Origin: Takakia lepidozioides
Taxonomy: Eukaryota; Plantae; Bryophyta
Assembly (NCBI GenBank): GCA_030704615.1
Contig: CM060734.1
Coordinates: 40,424,001 to 40,488,000 of the forward strand
DNA: 64,000 bases
Direction of reading: 5' to 3'
Shown: in pieces, positions 1 through 11,751 of the stretch
Layout: each line of letters starts with the position of its first letter
Position numbering within the stretch: the first letter of the stretch is position 1
Made by a program: the position numbers and the translations under genes
Notes under the pieces: model-generated
Database searches by the model: none
What the model was told of the DNA's origin: nothing
Seen by the model: the letters and a program-made list of their open reading frames with translations, nothing else

Positions 1-92
1 TCTCTTCCCATCGGCCTTCTTCATATCTATAGCCAACGTTAGTCCCACCTTACATCTTTTAGAGTGGTGACTATCTACACATTCATGTGATA

Positions 93-817
93 TTCTCCCC
101 CTCCCATGGAACCTCATCGTCCTCGATGAGCAACTTGGTAAGTTGCCATCTCACCTACATATTCTTCTAGATGAGTCTTGAGAGACAGGTTCTCAGGTAG
201 CTTCACTCGTATGATAGCCTTTCCAGGCTACCAGGTACTCTTCTTGTCATCCCCGTCCATACTTTCTAATATGGTAATCAATGAAAGCTTCCAAGCGGCA
301 TCCCATTCTCTTGTTTACGGTGTAAGTAAATTCTTGCCATAGACCACTTCAAATGGTGTTTGACCATTAGAAGAATGTAGAGAGTTATTATAAGCAAATT
401 CAGCGGCAGGAAGAAAATCTACCCAATCTAGCTGATTCATGCTTACAAATGCTCGAAACATTTCTTCTAATCTATATGATTAACACGTTCCGTTTGTCCA
501 TTTGTTTGCGGATGGAAAGCGGTACTTATCTTAAGCTCAACTCCCATGAGTAGAAAAAACGTTTTCCAAAACTGTCATGTGAATTGAACACCACGGTCAG
601 AGATGATATCTTTCGGCATACCATGGTGCCGAAATACCTCTTTGAAAAATAGCTTTGCCATCTCCGGAGCGCTAACACGCACATTAGTGGGTATAAAATG
701 TGCTCGCTTACTTAAGCGACATACTATCACCAAAACAGCGTGAAGCCCTTGTGCCGTCAATGACAAGTGCAAATGGTTCTTTATAGTTAAAGGATAGTGA
801 TGGTATTTTATTTCCAA
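93..817 (-). mobile_element. Degenerate Ty3/gypsy chromovirus remnant: integrase core + chromodomain + PPT
   Basis: ORF 575-817 reads VIVCRLSKRAHFIP...HHGMPKDIISDRGVQFT; it continues through frameshifts as STAFHPQTNGQTERVN...WVDFLPAAEFAYNNS (rve core). EYLVAWKGYHTSEAT*EP at ~187-240 is a chromodomain motif. Purine tract GGGAGGGGGAGAA at 105-93 precedes a probable 3' LTR running off the window start. Confidence 0.88.
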
Positions 818-845
818 CTAAGACAGTTGGAGAACAAGTTAAAAA

Positions 846-1347
846 ATGATTTCAATTGCTTCTGAAACAGAGATTGAGAGGATACACAAGGTCATTATTA
901 ATTTTGATTTCCGCATAAAGGCTGAAGCCAATGATCCCCTGGCTTTACCAATAGTATGGACTTTACATTATGGACTTTCACGTAGTGGTTGGAATTGGGT
1001 AAGAAAAGATGTCAACAACCATGGAGATGAAGAACAGGTTGATATTTGGACAATAGTTAGTGGTGGCCATCTAACCTATTTCTTTCCACCTTTAAAATTT
1101 CCTAGATATCATAAGGTAGAAATTGGAAAGAATGTATTGATGCAATACATCATTGACCCAATGGAATTTTTGGAAGACAGGGAGGTACAGTCAACATACA
1201 CTCTATGGTCAGTGAAACCTACTATGAGGAACAAGGCGAAGAATAACAAATTATAATACTTGAATCATGGGGGTCCCTTATTTTTCTGTCACACTCAATC
1301 AGCCCAACATTCACTAAAGATTAATGGGATCACTTGGGGAGAAGGGG
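846..1347 (+). mobile_element. Unassigned 136-aa ORF followed by a PPT-like tract; possible 3' internal end of another LTR element
   Basis: ORF 846-1256 has no motif I recognise. GGGGAGAAGGGG at 1336-1347 is followed closely by TG (1350), as at a PPT/LTR junction. Confidence 0.35.
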
Positions 1348-3719
1348 TCTGATGGGATAAAATTTGAGCAAATGGCTCATACCTTATTGCGTTTATTTCA
1401 AGCAATCCAAGCATTGCATTTACATTTAACGCACCACTTGGATAATTTCCACGGACTTAAAAGAATGGGTTCTGACACAATATCCTTATATTAGGGTATA
1501 TATAATTATAAACTACTACACATAGATGATGTAACATACACAAGAGTCCACAATGGACCGCAGTTATCAAGATTCGGGTGCAGTTGTTTTGAGTATGAGA
1601 GTTTCGGCCTTGCTCTCATCTGTTTTGGAAGAACAAACCCAAGCATGCATCTTGGCGTAAGTCAGTGGACAAGGAACCGGTGGGGATAACATTTTCCGGA
1701 TTATATCACCTCACTGCACTAAGCCACTTTTAAAAGTTAAAATGGGAAGATCTCTCGTATGAGGGACGATCACACACTTTGTTGTCATCATTTACAAAAC
1801 ATAAACGTGTAAAAATATATTTTCTGCACAATTGCACAACACAAAATAATGCACAAAAGATAAAGAGCAGAATAATTAAAAGACAGAAAGTTCTTGTAAG
1901 TTAATACAAATCACTATCAAGGTTGGACAATAAATCTTGGGTTCCAACAAAGCTCTTCTTACAGCGAGAATGATCTCCTTGAGTTTATAACGAGTGAATC
2001 ATTTTATGTATACTTTCATAATTATTTTACAAAGATAATATTTGGGTATATGATGTAATATCTTCATGGTTTTACTTCTCTCACACTAACCGGTGATTAT
2101 GGGTTCGTTGTTAAAGGGACTAACTTTTTCAGTACGAGTGCCAAAATGTTAAGTGAATTTACAGCCTTGTGCTAAAATCTCATTTTAGATAACTTTTAGA
2201 ACCAATTAAGCCCCACCAGGTGACCACCAGCCGCACCCAAGATCAACAGGCGCACCTATTCTCCCAGAAAACATGGAAATCGGGCTCGCACTCACAGCCC
2301 CAGAAGAGAATCCCACAGGCACGGCAGTGCCCGATCACAACGGCCTTATGACCGCAAGAGGTAGATCCTTCATCAGATGGGCACGCCCTCTTTGTTTTCG
2401 GTTTTTTTTTTTTTTTTTTTTTCCCCAGTGAGGGACGGGTAATGTTGCGGGGATGTGAGCATTTTTTTTTTGGGGTGGAATGGATGACTTTTTGCAGGTA
2501 CTTTCAATTTTGAATGCAATCGTGAACCTTCGCAACGACCATGAACGGTCGTTCTACCGAGACCATGAGCCGCCATGACTGTGCGCCATGAGCGGGAACG
2601 AGGACCATGAATGGGAAACGTGGAGCGTGAATGCACGATCATGATGGGAAGCGCAAGAATGGAATATATATCAAGGCAGTTAGCTTGTAGGCAGTGAAGA
2701 CAAAACGCAGGGGTATAAAGGTAGCCAATTGGGTAGAAGAGAGCAGGGGTGGCGGGGGGCGGGGGGAGAGATACTTTCACGGGGACTAAGCCAAGCATAC
2801 ATAAAGAAGGTGGAGGGAAGCCGACCAGATGGTATACAGGGGAAACCGCGACAAAACTTTACTTCGACTTACCCGCTGTGTATAGAGACCCGAGTAAAGT
2901 TGTGGCATGCTTACATAGGATACCCAAGTATTTAATGTCCCAATTATTTCATGTCTCTCGTGAGGTGATATCCACAACTCCCTTCCAAAGTATCTCTTGT
3001 AGTAAGCCCAGATGTCATGTACCCGACAGAAAGAGCAAGGAGTATATACTTCGTGACCATATAGATTCTTACGGAGGAATTCATGATAAGACACCGCCAG
3101 TCAACAACACACTACCCGCAAGGGAACAGGCGGGCGGAATCAACCAACAAAACACTAGGAGCCATGTTGGCCAAACTCTGTAACGGGCATCGTACAGACT
3201 AGGACGTGGTGTTACCAACGGCCTTATGGGCTTAACGGACATCCTATAATGTTGCCACGAAACACTCGCCTTTCCAATTGGTCCACGGACTGCTGCCGGC
3301 TGAATTCAACGTTCCCACGAAGCACCCAGCCAAATTGGGTCGTCATTCGGATGGAAAGATAGCAGTTATCAGTTAACCAACCGAATAAAACACATAAAAA
3401 GGGAACGGTGATGCTGAGATCTGGGCAGGCGCGTGTGTGTACCCCTGCAAACCCATTTTGCGCTCCCTCATTACGCAGACGGGAGAGTTCTTGTTCACGC
3501 AGCAGCACAGGCCAGCGAAGGAGGAGAACAAGGAAGAGTATCGCGAGAGAGGCTCGTCCGTTCCCCACAATATCAACAACACGGGAACGGGAGTAGGACC
3601 AGGCAAAGAAGTAGGGGAGGAACAGTAAGGAAGAATCACAAATGCAAGTGGGTAAGGAAGGAGAATTTGTAAGCATATAAGAAGAAGCGGTTGTAGAAAT
3701 CAGTTGTTTCGACGAGACA

Positions 3720-6700
3720 ATGCCGAAGAGAGCACCCACTCTCAATACCGTGCTATTCGACAAGGAACTCGCCTTGTTGAAGAAAAGGAAACTTCCACCC
3801 ATTCTCTGCAGGGTCACTACGGATACCGCAACATATGCGGAAAAAAAAACCGACACGGTGTGGCAGCAGTCTGTACGCCTGTATGACTTCTTTGATGATG
3901 TGGATTGGAGGAAGGCGGATCTTGTGGACGTTGTCAGGACGATCACCTCCTACAAACCCGAGACAAAGACGGTGGTTTGGGAGGGCCATCCCATAGTGCT
4001 AATGGAGGAGTGCATCGCGAAGGCATTTAAGCTGCCAATGGACGGGTTCCAAGTCCCGAAACTAATCAACGATGCAAAAAATATGGGCCGTCAACCCTAT
4101 TTCCAACCGGACAAAGGGTTCGATGCAGCAAAGGGATGCTTTAACTCCGTGAATGCAAGCTCGTCGATTTGCAGGAAAAAGATGGAGGTTCTATCCGAAA
4201 TTTTGTGGTGTAAACAACCCAGGGCCAGATCCAACCGGCACTTTTACAATGCATGGTAAAGGCAGGAACAGAAAATGTAAACTGGGCGAAGGTATTGTTC
4301 CAAGGACTCCAGCGGGGAATGAAAGAGGCCAACAAGAAAAGGCCGGACAACAAAAAGACCATAACCATTCGTTGGGGCCATCTTATACAACACCTCATCA
4401 AGCACTGGAGGGATATGACACCATATGAGCTAGCAGGTATGGGGACCCAACTCGGGGCGGACATATCGGACTACCAAGAAACCGGCGAGCCGAACGATAG
4501 CGAGGACACCCAGAGCGTGCGAAGCGGGGCCGATGCACAAGAAGTTTCACCTGCAGTCATGGTACCCCCCAGCGTGGTGGAGCAAATGTAGGGGATCGAA
4601 CTGTCAGCCCCGAGTTCGTGGGGAGGGATGCCCCTCTCCAAATCTCTCGCAATGGGACCCGGACAGGCACCCACGGAACAGGGTGAGATATCCATTGACC
4701 GTTTTTTACGGGACGTCGAGGTCCCTCATTTTGAGAAAGTTAGGTTTGAGGGAGGATCCCCAGACTCGCAGGGACGACTCAAATTCCTACGGGGAGAGGA
4801 TACTGACGGCCACGGAGGTCGATGAAATGGAGTACCCTGAAGGCGGCGAGGAAGCACGGGAACCAAGGAGCCCACAACAGCAAGTGGAGGTGGCAAAGTT
4901 AAACGCTTTTGCGGTCTGGCCGCAAGACTTCCAAAACGACATGATGGCGCTGAAGCGATATACGACCCACGTGGAGCAGCTGCAGTAAGCCCACAAACTA
5001 CTCCGCGAGGATTATGAGAAACTGGGAAAGGAAAACAAAGACAGGCAGGAGCACGAGAAGCGTAGCGAGGATAGTCAGCGGCAGCTGGAGGAGACACAAG
5101 AGAGGCTCATACAAGTGACCCAACAGGCGACGGGACATAAGACCCATGTGGAGCAGCTGCAGTCAGCCCTCAAACTACTCCGCGAGGATTATGAGAAACT
5201 GGGAAGGGAAAACAATGACCTGGAACGAGACATGCAAGAGCACAAGAAGCGTAACGAGGATAGTTAGCGGCAGCTGGAGGAGACACAAGAGAGGCTCACA
5301 CAAGCTACCGAACAGGCGACGGGACATAAGACCCACGTGGAGCAGCTGCAATCAGCCCTCAAACTACTCCGCGAGCATTATGAGAAACTAGGAAGGGAAA
5401 ACAAGGACCTGGAACGAGACAAGCAGGAGCGCAAGAAGCGTAGCAAGCGTATCACTGCATATAGTCCAACGCGCACTGGAGAGACACAAGAGATGGCCAG
5501 GCAAGCGACCGAACAGACGACGGAGAAAGTGCTCCAATAGAAGAAGACGACGGACAAGCTCAAATTCGAGTTGGAGGAAACGGAAATTAAGAGGGGCCCG
5601 TGGTCCATTGGACGAAAAACAGAATTATTGATCATCTACCCGGCACCAGATGACCTCCCTACAGGAAGAATTGTAGGAGAGGAGGGGTCGGCTGGAGTAA
5701 AAAGAGAAAGTGCTGACGTTAGCTCGAGAGGATTCGTTGGCCTTCGAACGAAAGTACCAATCCAAAAGGGCTGAATGGAAGAGAGTAGTACTCAAGGCTA
5801 AGGAGGTGTATCGAGGCCTGCGGAGATCCAACAATGCAGTGGCCATTCTGAAAAGGGACATGATGCACTGGGAAACTCGGAGGGCATTGGTTCGTCATGA
5901 TTTTTGTGTAAACTTGCGGAGCATAAGGCCAAGGCGATCGCAACAAAGGCTGGCCATAGGGGGTGAGTGGCATAACCAAAGCTACACGAGTTGCGTGAGG
6001 AATTCAAAGAGTGGGCCAGAGATTATCTGGACACGACAACCTCGGAGACCCTGCAGTCAAATTGGAGAAGGAGCCATAGAGCAGGAGAGACAGTCTGGGC
6101 CGGAGGCCGCTCAGGGAATCTTGGGGAAGCTCGACAGGCTGTAGGCAATGGACACTTTTGCTATCTTGGAAACTGAGAGACGCATCACCCCCTACTTGGA
6201 ACTTGGATCAATTCCACTCCCACTATCAAGTGGTTTTATGACCTGGCGCGTCACTAGGGGCCGGTGGCCGCAACGCAACGCTTCCGGGTCTCCGGAATGC
6301 CACTTCATCGCAAGAAAGGAGGGGACCACAATGTCTCCTGATGCCGCTCTCCTGCCGTTGCTCCCTGAGCACCAATGCTGGAAGGAATCAGACGCCCGGT
6401 ATCGGAGGTACCTTTGCTTTCCCCCACTTTTATTGATCACATTGACACGTTAGGATTACCCGACGATGCCTACGAAAGGTATTTATCCCCCAACCAGTAC
6501 CTCGTAGCCCTGGAGACTCTGCTCTGCTGCGATGCCCGTGCCCAAAGCACTAGAGGGGCAATCCTGGCCCTGAGAACGATTATCCTGACCCGCCATCAGT
6601 TGGCGATACCACCACAACGAGAGGTATGGACGGCGGGGTCTTTGACGCATATTGGCGCAAGCGACTCGAGCTACCCTACGACGATATCTTACGGCATTCA

Positions 6701-7036
6701 AACTAGCGGTAGGGACATACGACTCCAAGAACTGTCCAGAGTACGTGGCAAAAATCGACGCCAGTACAGGTGCATACAGCAATACGTTTATACGGTTCTA
6801 CAGGGTGCATACAGCATTACGTATTACGGTTCTACTACCTGATGGAGGTGAGATACGAGCAGCTATGTAGGCACACAGCCACCTGCCCAAAACCTCTAAG
6901 TATGATTTTGACCCCCTCCAGCAAGCACGGCAACAATACACGGAAACTGCTACGGGAAGAAGCGGCATGGTCATCCACCCATCACAAGGCCCTCATCGAG
7001 CTACACCAATCCTTGAAGGACGAGGCCTTGTTCTGA
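3720..7036 (+). pseudogene. Disrupted large TE-associated ORF (plant transposon accessory-protein-like N-terminus + coiled-coil repeats)
   Basis: Chain of + strand ORFs broken by stops and frameshifts (3720-4259, 4253-4591, 4628-4988, 5337-5540, 5710-6144, 6375-6870). Motifs VVWEGHPIVLMEECIAKAFKLP and VNWAKVLFQGL resemble TE accessory ORFs. No gag/pol motifs seen. Confidence 0.5.
4965..5450 (+). repeat. In-frame tandem repeat (~2.6 copies; periods 177 and 189 bp) encoding a coiled coil
   Basis: ACCCA(C/T)GTGGAGCAGCTGCA starts at 4965, 5142 and 5331. Unit translates as THVEQLQSALKLLREDYEKLGREN...RQLEETQERL.Q.T.QATGHK. Confidence 0.9.
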
Positions 7037-8394
7037 CGAGGGAAGTCCTGCCTGGCTCGTAGGCTCAAAAGGACCCAGGCCCCGCCTACGTACCCTACCC
7101 TCCTAGGAGCGACGGAAACATCGTTTAACGAGGCTAGATGCCGAGTCAAACGAAGGGTGAGAAAGGAGCTGATAGGCGAGCTCCACACCTCGCTCCGCCA
7201 CTGGATACAAACGGCCCTGCCTCTGAGACTGAAACCCATGGCGGCATTACGGTACCTACCGACCTGGACAGGGGAATGGACGAAGATGAGCGCAACGCCT
7301 CGGATGACAGCGAAGAGGAGTGCCTCCCGCTACCCCATGAAACCACTCAAAGTAGCTCAGAAAGTGGGTCTAGTCGTAGTAGAGCCTCACGAAGATGGCA
7401 AAGAAGCCGTCCATGAGGACATGGACGAATGTAAGACTAAAAATTTGACCCTCTGCACACTTGCGCACGTGGGAGGGAGGGAAACACCGAGGACGTCGGC
7501 ACAATCAGAGCCGGAGGCCTCACTGGAAAGTTCCACTCCTGGAGGGCGGGAGGGCATAAAGGAGACGACAGTTGCATTGGAAAGGAAAGTAGACAACCCA
7601 GCTCAACCACAAAGAGCGAGGGTTGAGTCAGTGGCTGGCCAGAAGCGCTCACCATCACCACTGCCAAAAGCAGAGGTGAAAAAGAAAGCAATTGTGAAGG
7701 AAGACACATCTGGAGTGTACATGAGTGCTGACCAGAAGGTCTGTTTCGAAGTAGAGAAGGAAGTTGCAGCACTCCGTGAATCGCACGAGTAAGTGAATAT
7801 CGTGACGTTGGTCTGCCAGCACTGGGTTTGCCAGTCAAATGTTCTGGCAGTGAAGGGTCTTTTGAGTCTTATCGGTTTATGCTAGCGACTGTTTTCAGGT
7901 CTATAAGTCCGGTCTGCCATGTTCGATCTGCCGGCCTGTTCTTGGGTCTAACAGTTCAGTCATTCAGTCCGCCAGTACGGGTTGCAGGGTCTGCTGTGTG
8001 CCAGGATCTGGATGTGTTCGGGGGTTTGTTGTCTATGAACAAGTATGTGTTTTTCTATGAAAGGCCTTTAAAATAGTTTTGTTTTAAAAAAAAACATTAT
8101 TATGTTTTTCCACACCTTCTCGGTCTGCCATCACGGTCCTATCGTGGTCTGCATGGTCCACTGATATGCTGTTCGTCTGAAAGGGTTTCTTCCGAGTTTG
8201 TGCAGGTTCTCATCCCGATTTCGCTCCACTTTCAACACACATATCTCAAATGGAAAGGTAATGCTGTACTTTTTGAAAACGACCCAGCGTTTGAGTGCAG
8301 TATTGACATCAACGACCTGAAAGCCTTAGAGAAATAGGAATCCGAGGCTACAGACCGATTGCTTGAATTGTGGTGTATGTTCTATCAGAAGGAT

Positions 8395-9572
8395 TGTAGA
8401 ATAAAACTATAATCAACCCTAAAGAAAAGGATCAATCAGTCTAGAGTTAGTTCGCTAGGGAAAGCACTATACGACTATAACATAATGATGCCCTGTTATT
8501 CTATTTCTCTTTATTCTCCCCTCTGAAAACGTTCTACCATTACTTATCTCAATCTATAGCAACTAAGATCCTACCAGTTTCAATAATACCCCCTCCACTC
8601 TCTATCAACTCTATCCCATTATATGAGATCAAATACCATTGCTCATCTACTACTCTTCTCCAGTAATCTATCTGATACAAGACCAATAGCTCTCGATACC
8701 ATCATTTATTCACCAACCATAAATTGATTATCTCTTTGTCACTACATTGCAGTCTTTTAAAGATATCTAGCGACAAACTATTAGGTAGACCAGTAATTAA
8801 TTCTACAGGATATGCTATCCGTTCTTTTCCACACATCACTATCGATCACTTTTTACCACCAAGTTTGTTTCTTCAGTTGCTCCAGGGATTTTCCTTCACC
8901 AAAATTATGATTCCATTCTCTCATAAGTTCAGGATAGCCTTCAAATGGTCTATACCACTTCTACAACCAACTGTGCTTCCAATAACAACTCCTGTATAGA
9001 ATGGATATCTCTCTATACCATCCTCTATTGACTAATTGCAATAAAAATACTTCTTTATCGCTACAACAAGGCTTCTGAAAGATTATTATCGATAAATGAT
9101 CTGGTAATCCAGTGATCAACTCTGATACTTCTTTTATTCCTCATCATTGTTTTCTGCCATGCAAATGATTTTACTTCACTGTTGTACTCCTACCATTAAT
9201 CCAATTGAAGATGCTCTATCTTCGTTTCCTTAATCTGCTCCTTCTTGAACTCTGGATATCCATCTATCGATATTTCTCTTGGTAGACCAGAAACTAATTC
9301 TCACACCGAATTCTTATCTTCTTCATTTGTGCACATTCTCACCATCTCACATAATTATGGTTCTTCAATTCTTTCACACAGAATCACATTCTCATTCCAT
9401 CACTCCATTCTTCACATATACACAAAGTGAATTGCATTTTTTTTTCTTCTCTTTTTTCTCTTCTATTCATTCATAAATCACAACATTGCAAGAACGCAAT
9501 ACTAAATCTACCATTGAAGAATAACTCTATAGTCTATCTCCTACTCACTCTACTCTCCCTACTCCGGTCACA
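8395..9572 (-). repeat. 3' LTR
   Basis: Direct repeat of 11752-12926; on + strand begins TGTAGAATAAAACTAT and ends CCGGTCACA. Confidence 0.9.
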
Positions 9573-10734
9573 TCTAATGGCCAAATTATAAAGTAATGAC
9601 GCTAGATGCTCATTCTCCCGCCATTGACCACGACGAGAGCACATACATACACCAAATCGGCCTGTAATATTCCGTGGCCATGGTCCAGTGATTGGTGTTA
9701 ATCGAGTGCCCATCTTCAAAATCGATTCTCCCGTTGCAGTATGGCCATAGTCCTGCCTTATCCATAACAACACTTCCCAACATGGCAACACCTTATCGTC
9801 AGAATCCGCATAGACCTTCTCCGGCCGGCCCAAAAACTCTGAGTACTCCCAGTTAGTAGGAAAGTGACATCATTCGAATATCGCGAACCCCACCTGAGAG
9901 ACTTGAGTAGCACTAGGTTGATTGATGTACAAATCCTCCATCCATTTGGCGGTCAATAACTCTGGCCAGGTTTTTGCCTTCATCCCCCTGCTTACCCTTT
10001 GCTGAATTGCAGTCTGTGTCCAGACATAAGCAGATCCATGTAAACACTCCGGAACTAGTCTATACCTACGATGAGCTCTCTCCAACATTGTATGAGACTG
10101 GGTCTCGTCCAACACTTGAGCCACCAGATGTTGCACCATATCTAGGTAGCTTGGCAACAATTTGTCATCTAGCCTCGGAATAGTAGAGAGAAAACCATAA
10201 GCATGGACTCGATTCCATTGCCTATCCCGGAGGTGAGATTGTCGAAACGCTTCTAGTCTATCCTCCAATTGTTTATAATACAAAAAACAGCGACAGGCAG
10301 GATCTCCAACAGTAAACAAAAACTGCTCCGGGTGGGCGACTGCCACGTCTCCCCTTACCACCATCTCCACGGTCAAATTCTCCATGCGATAGTTGCACAT
10401 GTCTTCCCACTCTTCTTCCAAATCAATCGGCTCCTCTCCGCCATTGAAAAGCAATTTCAAAAGAGTATTGTCATACAAGTATCCTTGACTAAGGCTCTGA
10501 GTATAGCACACCTCATGCCATCCCTGCAAAACACTGAGTCCAACCATTTCTGTAGGTCTTATCATCTCTCTGAACTGTTCCAACTCAGACATTTGTGCCT
10601 TCATGGTCTGCTCTGTCACATTCATCTCCCCTTCCTGCTCAATGCGATAAGAAACAAATTCGTGCTGCAAGGCTACATATCGTTCATCAGGATTGTTTAT
10701 GGTTGCAGGTTGTTTCCCCATCTCCGCTACCTGA
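9573..10734 (-). pseudogene. Accessory ORF of unknown function fused in frame to the truncated gag
   Basis: ORFs 9870-10829 and 9534-9833 are in the same frame, separated by one stop. No pol motifs; the frame runs straight into the 3' LTR. Confidence 0.55.
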
Positions 10735-11600
10735 ATATCCTCTAGGCGACCTGCAAATGAATCGACCGACTCGCCTTTCACCATATGGAGTTTTGTCAAT
10801 TGCTCCCATAGACGATCGGTAAAACCCAAGGGTCGAAACTATGTACGTTAGGAAAGCTGTTTTTAAGGAATTCCAATCAGGAAATACTCCATGCTATTGC
10901 CGATGATACCATTGGAATGCTAACTCCCGCAAAGTGGCAGGGAACATCGTCAACCAACAGAATTCCGTCCTGGCGTTATTAGCAATACAAGCTGTCATGA
11001 ATTGAGCCAAATGGCAGTCGGGATCTGACCCTTGCAGCCCCATAAACTGTGGCATGGGCGATACATTAACAGTTCGATCGTTAGGCGTTCCCACATCCAC
11101 CACCACCGGAATTGATTGGAGAGCGACCGCAATTGGTACTGTCGCCATGGTGCCATTGGTGCTAGTACAATAGGTGGTACAACAGGTGGTGCAAGGAATG
11201 CAATAGGGGCACGATAGGTGGTGCCGATGCAGCTGCCTGTGCGGCCAATAATGCTCGTCGTGCTATCCGAACTGCCAATCGATTGGATCTGGCTTTAGCC
11301 TTATGTTCCGCGGTTACGGAAGATTCCCTCATTCCCCATAAACCCTTCTTCTTAATTGACAAAACAAGGTGATCTCCTCGATTCCTTGCAACAGTCAATT
11401 CAAGTGTTCTCGACGTCCTCTCTTGTTCAGGCGATAGTTGAATCTGCTCCTCCTGCGCTATCGCCAGAGCTAGCATCTCCACTTTTTGTTGACTTAGGAC
11501 AGGGAGGCTCAACCGTCTCCCGCGCCTTCTTCTTACTCCAAAAACATTCCGGGATCTCCGCCTTCTTATGCTGCTTACGTAAACTACAATAAGGGCATAG
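10735..11600 (-). pseudogene. Truncated retrotransposon gag
   Basis: PQFMGLQGSDPDCHLAQF...FPATLRELAFQWY...DWNSLKK...LHMVKGESVDSFAGRL follows the Retrotrans_gag pattern, with stops and a frameshift. Confidence 0.8.
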
Positions 11601-11727
11601 TTTGAAACTAGGTGAGGAAACCTTACTATTACGAATGACTTCCCTTGTCATCTCATAATCATTCAACAGAAAGTAATTGTCTTGAAATTTTTAGTAAAGC
11701 ATCACTATAGCAAACCGCATCATCTTT

Positions 11728-11745
11728 TCCCCGGCAGCGGCGCCA
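11728..11745 (-). promoter_or_regulatory. Primer-binding site (tRNA-Asp type)
   Basis: Minus strand TGGCGCCGCTGCCGGGGA, 6 nt after the LTR end, is one mismatch from the Athila-type PBS TGGCGCCGTTGCCGGGGA. Confidence 0.85.
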
Positions 11746-11751
11746 AAAAGA

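Noticed and set aside
2360-2405. Hammerhead ribozyme core (minus-strand GAAA...CTGATGA)
   Set aside because: Stems II and III and the cleavage triplet cannot be formed.
8724-9476. Plus-strand ORFs duplicated at 8724/12079 and 9245/12600
   Set aside because: These are antisense shadows within the LTRs; the motif-bearing frames are on the minus strand.
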